From: Marsupella aquatica
Taxonomy: Eukaryota > Plantae > Marchantiophyta
Length of the DNA: 64,000 nucleotides
Direction: 5' to 3'
NCBI GenBank assembly: GCA_973895155.1
Contig: OZ316894.1
Coordinates: 19,382,805-19,446,804, forward strand
The notes beneath the pieces are model-generated. The model saw only the letters and a list, made by a program, of their open reading frames with translations. It searched no databases and was not told the origin of the DNA. Made by a program: the position numbers and the translations under genes. This document shows positions 56,735-64,000 of the stretch, one piece after another; position 1 is the stretch's first letter; each line of letters starts with the position of its first letter.

Positions 56735-59700
56735 TCAGACAGTAATGCCCTTCAATTCCTTTACAACACTCATTTCCACCCACAGGTTCTGATGCTCATG
56801 GTCATCGTCCTCAGTGATAGATTGAATAACGGCTAAGTTCCTTGTACCAGACAGCTCCACCCACAACATCTGAAGCTCCGTCCACACCTCATTCATTGTA
56901 GGCCTAGATTTAGCCCGCATGTTCACACATTTCATCGCCAATCTTCCAACATTCAAGATGGACTCCCTCCCGTGGCCAGCTGGGTCATTGTAGGTCTCCA
57001 TAAGCGTTGGATCAATAATTTCTTGCAGATCTCCTGCTGTTATTTTCGGACTAGCTAAGTTCACAAGGCTGCTATCATCGCCACTCCTGCTCAAGTCTAG
57101 CGCAAGCTTTGCTGAGATGAGCTCTAGCAGCACCACACCAAAGCTAAATACATCACTTTTATCAGTCAGTCTATAGGAGGTATAGTACTCAGGATCTATA
57201 TAGCCCATGGTACCTTGAACCGCAACTGTTGAGACATATGTGGCTTGCAAAGGAGCCAATTTCGAGATTCCAAAGTCTGCCACTTTAGCGTTAAGGTCCT
57301 CATCTAATAAGATGTTTGCTGATTTGACATCTCTATGATATATTGGGAATGCAGTTGCGGTATGAAGATACGTCAACGCATTGGCAGTTTGAACGGCAAT
57401 GTTAAGGCGTTGTTGCCAGCTCAAGCGATCAGCTCCCAATTTGCCATGAAGATGATCTTGGAGTGTGCCATTTGAAACAAACTCAAAGACAAGCACAGCA
57501 GCCTTGTTTTCCATACAGCAACCAAGCAGCTTCACAAGATTGCGGTGGTTCACTTGGGACAAGATCCTCACCTCGTTCAAGAATTGCTCCTTATCCTTCT
57601 CTGAACCCTCTCGCTTGCTTCTCTTGATGGCTACGATGGTTCCATCGCTGAGTTTGCCGGCGTATACTGTCCCGAAGCCTCCTTCTCCTATTTGTGCACT
57701 CTCTGCAAAGTTGTCGGTGGCTTTCTTGAGTTCCCGAAGTGGCATTAGTGTTGCCGAATCCCTCTCCAACAGAGTGTTGATCAGATCTGCGTCTTGTTGG
57801 TGCTTTTTCTGGTACACTCTCCACCGCCAGGTTGCCGCCAAACAACTTCCCATAGCTACAGTTAGAGCGCCTCCGATTAAGAGAAACAACTCCCACCATG
57901 GTACACGTGGTCCTCGAGAAAAATCCTGGGGAGGCTGATTGGGACATGGATCTAGTGGACCACCACAAAGTCCAACATTGCCAGCGAAGATGTCCGAATT
58001 ATAGAAGCTACTGTTTTGGTTGGATTCTGGGGAGCGATCCTGATAATTTGTTATGTGAGAGATCGAGCTGTTTCAGATTGGGAAGCATCAACATATCTGT
58101 GGGAACAGGCCCACTTATATCATTCCCAGAAAGCATCAAAACCTGGAGAGATTGCAAACACGAGCTGTTGAAAGTTGACCCCAAAATCTCCCCCTCCAAG
58201 TGACTGTGGCTGAGATCCAAAACTTGGAGCAGAGATATGTTAACAAAGCATGCATGAGGAACAGGTGTTCCAGAAAAGTTGTTGCCTCCAGCCCGGAACT
58301 CTGCGAATATCGGCTGCAGAATGCTATAGCTATTCAGCGTCTCCAGAGTCGCCGATATGGGGTCAGGAATGGCTTCCGACGTACTCCATCCAAGATTGTT
58401 GTTTCTAAGGTCTATATATTGTAGACTGTTGTATGGAGTACTGTTTGCAACTCTCGTGAGGTCTCCCGTAAACAGATTATTTTCAAGTCGACATTCCAGT
58501 GTGTACATAAAACCAGAACTCCCCACCAGGACATCGACTATGTCTCCAGAAAGGCGGTTATTTTGAAGCCACAAAACGGAGATTGAGGAACCGTTGCTAA
58601 AGATGTTTGATGGAATGGGTCCACTAATATCATTGTAACTAAGATCAAGAAGACTAAAACACGTATAGGTGGCACCATCGATAGGGATACTACCATTAAG
58701 GAGATTGTGTGATAAATTAACTTTAGGACACATATATGCATTACTGTGTGCCCAACGCTGTAAGAGATCGGACGGGATTTTTCCCACGAAACGGTTTTGA
58801 GATAAATCTAAGGAAACGTACGGTAACTCGGAAAATCCCACGGGGATAGTCCCTGTCAATCGATTGGAGGAGAGGTCTAGGAACTGCAAGCTCTGCAAAT
58901 CCATCATACCAGACGGAATCACGCCCGTTAGCTGATTGTAGGAGACGGACAAGCTCGATAGACTGCTATTTGCGCCAACGAACCAAGGCTCGTGGAAGCC
59001 ATTAAAGTTGTTATTGTCGAGCTTCAACTGGACAAGGTTTGCCCCGTTTGGAAGAGCAGGGATGGTGCCGCTGAGAGAATTATTAGAAAGATCGACAAAG
59101 AAAATATTACTTAGTCCATCCAGCCCTTTTGGAAATGGGCCAAAAAGTTGATTGTGAGCTAGATAAAGAACCTGCAAATTCACCAGGGCACCCACAGTCG
59201 GGATCTCACCGGAGAAGTTATTTTGCTGAAGAGAAATATACTGGAGGCTCCGGCTGGCAGAAATACAGGATGGTATAGGGCCAGAAATGTTGTTGAATGA
59301 GATGTCCAGCCAGGTGAGTTTCGTCAAATTGCAGATCTGTTCGGGAATGTACCCCAAGTGGTTGGATGAGATATCCAGCCGAGTGAGCCCTGTCAAGCGG
59401 TAGACATCAAAGTACATCATACAGTTGGTTTGATGAGAGATCCAACTCACGAAGATCTGGAAGGTTAGATAACGCTTTCAGTTCCATGGAGTCAACGAAC
59501 GCCTCTTGGGAATCTACCCAAGCCGAAAGATCAAGCCCTGATACAGTAGAATTGTTGATGCATCTTACACCAATCCAATCACACGGCTTCTCGTCAGTTT
59601 CTTTCCAGTTGTCCCAATATATGGGTCCTGGTCCCCAAACATGCTTGTTGTCTGCCCTGAATTGAAGAAGGGCCCGTAGCTTCGCTGCTTCGATTCAGAG

Positions 59701-59758
59701 AATCCACCCCACCTGGAAGCAGGATCCAGACTAGCAATACTGAGATAGGCTGGAACAT
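56735..59758 (-). pseudogene. Intronless LRR receptor-like kinase with a WAK-type RD kinase domain, disrupted by three frameshifts
   Basis: Signal peptide MFQPISVLLVWILLPGGVDS (ATG 59758), LRR-NT EAT/ALLQF..W..PCDWIGVRC, many plant LRRs, LRR-CT FAGNVGLCGGPLDPC, a TM helix, and a kinase (GEGGFGTVY, QFLNEVRILSQVNHRNLV, IYHRDVKSANILLD, DFG, GYIDPEY). The frame changes at ~59674, ~59412 and 58029-58032. Confidence 0.85.
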
Positions 59759-61702
59759 GGTGAGAATGCAGGGAGTGATGAATAACTGGACGCCATTTTT
59801 ACACTGTGTAGAACTTTTCCTGATGAACATACTCTCATGTGTAGACGCAGCCTATGTACTCAATTTGTGCACACTGCTTTAAGTGTACACATAGCCTAGA
59901 GCTCAACCACTAGTAGAGATACTGTTAAATTGCGCAAGTTTTGCTGAAATTCCGCAAGAACGACGAGACGTGGGAAGTGCGAACTCTGTTTCTTCAATTG
60001 TGTTGGTCCCGGATAATGTCAAGTCCCCTCTAGAGAGCGATGGTTTATCAATCACCTAACAAAGGCGCGTTAGTATCGTAGGCATCAGCAACACCTAGAT
60101 CTGGTAGGACGACCAATTCTAACCACGTAATCCTAAATTGCAGCGTCATTATCAGAGGAGATGGAAAACTGAGTCGCTGACAGAGCTGCGTCTCAGTAGT
60201 AACAGTAGAGAATTATGGAAAAGCTGGACGGTACGTTGTCTAGAGAAGAGGGTGATGCAATCAATTTTCGGTCCTCTCGATTACGAGGTTGCTAATATGG
60301 TGTGTTAATACCTGTTATCAAGGTCACTATGCGTTGCCTGAAAGGATGAGAAACTATTAAAAACTTTAATACAAGGTTGCTCGTTTTGATAAAGTGATCT
60401 TCATTCAAAAGCAATATAAACAAAAAGTATAACACCAAAAGTAAATTAAATATAGACTGGACCTAAAGGACTGGAAATATTGTCACACAAAAAGAAATTA
60501 AATGATGAAAAAATAAAAATACGGGAGATACTCACTTTATCAAAAGAAAATAATATTATACGTAGTGTAGTCACGAGATAAAAAATTTAATTGAAGAAGT
60601 CAAGCACAATATTTTATTTGGTGGTCACTATAATATCATATATTCTGTAAACCTTACATTTACAAAATTCCCCCAAAATGGGAACCAATCCTAGACTTTC
60701 ATTGAAAAGTTGTTTTTTGATATTAAGTGGTGGGGCTCACATATGTGGGTACTATGGCTCACACACAGAAAAAGATTTATTGTCAAAATGAATGGGACGA
60801 GTGCATTGACCAGGACAAGTCTGTGACGTACGTACATGACACTAAGGGGGCATTCAGTAGTCAAGTTCTTCATGGCGCGAGGGATGGTTGATCATCATCA
60901 AAATGGCACGTGGAGGTTTGTGGTGGCAGCCATGACTGGGTAAGTGATGACTGGGTAAGTGGGACAGGACGGAGCATGCCACCTGGGAGGGGCTAACCGT
61001 GGTGGGAGGAAGGGGGCGAGGATTATGTTTAGGGGGGAGCTACCGTCTTCCCCCGAACACAGCGTCCGGGCGCTATATTCGAATAGTGAGCCCAGGGCGT
61101 TGTGTTCGAGTTTTGAGACTTTGTTTATGATTTTTTAGCATGTGGCGTTGTGTTCGAATTGTGGCGTTGTGTTCGAATTGTGGCATTATATGGATTTGGG
61201 GTATAAGCTGGAATTATAGGAGACAACCAATGTGTTAGAGATAAGTGTTAAATTGGGAAAATGTAGCTACTTTAAACACTGAAATGCAACAAGTCATGGG
61301 TAGTCTAGAACAAATTAATTTGTTGCACAAAATAAGACCTTACAAACCATGGAAAAAATATACCAAGTCAACATTATCACTTGGTAAACATATAATTATG
61401 TAAACATATTTAATTATGACATATTTGTAGTTCCAAAAGGTCACTATTGTGAACAACATAATTTAAAACATAAACACAAGTGTTCAATTGCCTCAAAAGA
61501 GAAACATTTTTGTATGGAAGCATCATGAACACACAAAATGAAGTCAAAATGCTTGGACAAGTTCACCTTGTGTACCTATGAGAGTTACAAAATTTTACTC
61601 TCATTGAAATGTCAGTCCTAATATCGATCTCATAACTCTCATAGTGACACAAGGAACACATGCCCAAGAAGGTTGTCAACCAACAAGGATGATGTGCATG
61701 CA

Positions 61703-63694
61703 CTACATCAATCCTTCATTCAGCTGAACACAAAAGTAATTCCCTGTTCGTGCTAAATGAACTCGCTTGACAGGATCCTCCACCTTGTACACAAAATTTT
61801 GGATGATCTTGTTGTCAAGGTTCACTTCCGTGAGCTCAATCTCCCACTCCTCCAAGTTTGAAGCTGCAAACACTGCCAAGGTACCTGCCACCATTTCTCC
61901 ACTTACCATGTCAGCTGCAGCGTCATCATCAAAAATGTCATTGAGATCAAGACACATTGACATGTGCACCACCAGCTTTATGACATAGGTGTCAAGGTAT
62001 TCGTCCACATCACTTCCGTGTATACCCTTGCAACGAAGAAGGCATCTGAACAAAGAGTAATCCTCTTCAGGACAAAACCATGTAGGCGACTCGATGACGA
62101 GAGTGGGACGCAATTCTTCACTCTCGTGAAGTACATGCCCATACTGTTCATTCCATTCAGCCAAGTCCAAGTCTGCTGCATACAAAGCTCTTAGTGGCGG
62201 ATGTAGGTTTTCCACTGCAAATTGTGAGCTGGGCACCAAGCCACAAACCTGACAACACAAGAAGCATCAACTTAATTAGGATCCACTAGAAAATATTTGC
62301 CAAATGTTTCCACATAAAATGTTTGTACTTACAAATAATGTCAAAACTTCTCCACCTTACCCTAAATGCATTTGCCACGTCCTGTTTTTGACAATTTCCA
62401 ATCCATGAAAGTGCCCATTCTGCCACCATCTTGGCAGTCGGAACTTTAGGGTTTCTTGCAGTTGTCTGCAAATTTGGATCAATTAAGGCATCTGCAATGT
62501 AAGTGTCATATTGTGTTGCAAAATCTGCCTGATAGCTCCGGTTCACTGCAACATCAAGAGGCTGCAAGAGGGAGGTCAAATTCGCTGGTACAACCCGCAC
62601 AAACACATTGTAGTCCTCCAGTACCTTTGCATGTGCCTTGGGCCACTTCAAGTGGGGTCCATATGCGTCAATGATGTATAGAGTGGGCTCCCGGTAGAAT
62701 TGGGTCTCACCTCGCTTCATCACTATTTCATTGAAGTGTTCCCAACATATCTGTTCATTCCACATACCTGCATAGTATAAAACCCACGATTAGAAAAGAG
62801 TTTGTTACTGGCAACCCTAAAAAAGTCATGAAAATTACAAAAGAGAAGCTTAGTTTGCAAGATAATAGATATTGAAAAAAATACACCTGTCTGGTTCACA
62901 TCGACAAACACGCCCAACGGGACTTCAGGTTTATTCTTCTTCTTTGAGATGAGGATGTGTGGTCTCAAATGCTTGCCTTCTCCTGTGATGGAAAAAGCTA
63001 TGGTGAATCGTTTATGGTTGGTACCACCCTTTGTCATCATCACCGTCCGAATGCCTCTAGTAGCAATAGTTGACTTTGGCTCAGTCTCATAGTACCGCGG
63101 AACCTGATCCATGTTGATAATGTTTTTGGGCTTAATTTTGTTAGTGTCAATCAATTCTTGGCACTCTTGAATGAATGCCCGACACAAATCAACAGCATTC
63201 TCTGGTAGCTTGCGATCTGTTGCGTGTCTCCTTGACACCAGGTTGTGTCGCTTCTTGAACCTATCCAACCAACCTGTTGACGCTTTAAATGTTGCGAGCT
63301 CCTCATTTGTTGTGTTGGCAGCCATCCTCTCTGCAATCTTCAAGGCCATCTTGGCAATGTACATGTCCTTCACCCTCAATCCCTTCTCATTCCGTGCCAG
63401 GATCCAAGTGTGGAGCTCCTCCTCCATTCCGGGCAGCAATGGTCTCCGTCCACCTCCCCTTAACCGGCGTGATTTCCGTGTTAAGATCTTATCGTCCTTA
63501 AGAGAGGCTTGCAACTCTGCCCTCTTCTCGTACCACCCTCTCAAAGCAGACCGGGGCACTCCAATTTTTTTGCTGAGTGCCACAAAGCCTTGCCCTTTGA
63601 TGTTGGGGTTGTATTCCCGAATCACGTCCAGCTTGAACTTAAGAGAGTAAGTCCGTCGCTTCCCATTAGCTGTCCCACGAGGATGTCTTGCCAT
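61703..63694 (-). CDS. pogo-family DDD transposase (N-terminal HTH + CENP-B HTH + DDE_1 + C-terminal extension); exons 63694-62887, 62767-62361, 62248-61703; 586 aa
   Basis: RRTYSLKFKL..HTH, GGGRRP, FKASTGWLDRFKKRH, and the catalytic motifs NMDQ, IIDAYGPH and QPLDVAVN. Two GT-AG introns join 1761 nt with no internal stop. Confidence 0.9.
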
Positions 63695-63722
63695 AGCTCT
63701 CTAATTCCTGCAAAGGAAAATA

Positions 63723-63787
63723 AGGTCTGTCAATGAATACGGTCTGTCAATGAAATACGGTCTGTCGATGAATACGGTCTGTCAATG
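63723..63787. repeat. Four ~17-bp tandem repeats upstream of the transposase
   Basis: GGTCTGTC(A/G)ATGAATAC repeated four times, the last copy partial. Confidence 0.9.
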
Positions 63788-64000
63788 CCAGGGGTAGCAA
63801 CCTCCTTCACATAGCACTTTTAACCCTGGCTGCCTACAACAAAACACTCAACAAAGGCATGAAATGAAAGGTGGGAATGGTCGACCCTGGTTGCGACCAT
63901 ACAAGAAGAGGCAGGGGCCTTGAACTTCTCTATAGCAATCGGGACTCCCGGTGTCAATGGTCAAACAAGCAACTTCACAAAATAGTGTTTTTTACCTCGC

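Larger units (their letters stand above)
61043..64000 (-). mobile_element. pogo/Tc2-like (Tc1/mariner superfamily) DNA transposon; one terminus in the window, the other beyond 64000
   Basis: TA (61041-61042) is followed by CCGTCTTCCCCCGAACACAGCG..., a Tc2/pogo-style terminus. Subterminal GGCGTTGTGTTCGA repeats (~61096, 61144, 61163) are inverted relative to a motif inside the terminus. The element contains a transposase gene. Confidence 0.75.

Noticed and set aside
56456-56836. ORFs with repeated GVGLTYVGTRAH peptides
   Set aside because: They are translations of a tandem DNA repeat antisense to the RLK 3' end.
58029-59676. Programmed frameshifting or RNA editing to restore the RLK
   Set aside because: There are no slippery heptamers or stimulatory structures, and indel editing is not known for plant nuclear mRNAs. 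Decay or assembly error is simpler.

Overview
Eukaryotic, intron-containing nuclear DNA from a land plant that still makes flagellated sperm, probably bryophyte-grade and possibly a liverwort. This is inferred from plant genes (PBCP, SKIP1, AE7, LRR-RLK) lying beside cilia genes (KATNIP, TCTEX1D2). Gene order: small plastid-type protein (-); a 3.6 kb degenerate repeat mosaic; KATNIP/KIAA0556 (-); acetyl-CoA acetyltransferase with a presequence-like N-terminus (-); F-box SKIP1 (-); ZNF330/NOA36 (-); a ~0.9 kb minisatellite; intronless AE7/CIA2 (+); TCTEX1D2 (+); PBCP phosphatase with an acidic repeat tail (-); an intronless LRR-ectodomain/WAK-type-kinase gene broken by three frameshifts (-); and one end plus the complete 3-exon transposase of a pogo/Tc2-like DNA transposon (-). 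The most notable observations are an apparent degenerate OTU-like domain fused to the intact transposase, a highly conserved ZNF330 (best known from animals) in a plant, the LRR-WAK-kinase pseudogene bracketed by direct repeats, and a pre-miRNA-like hairpin in the KATNIP leader. Exon models and homologies were derived by eye or from memory, and no searches were run.
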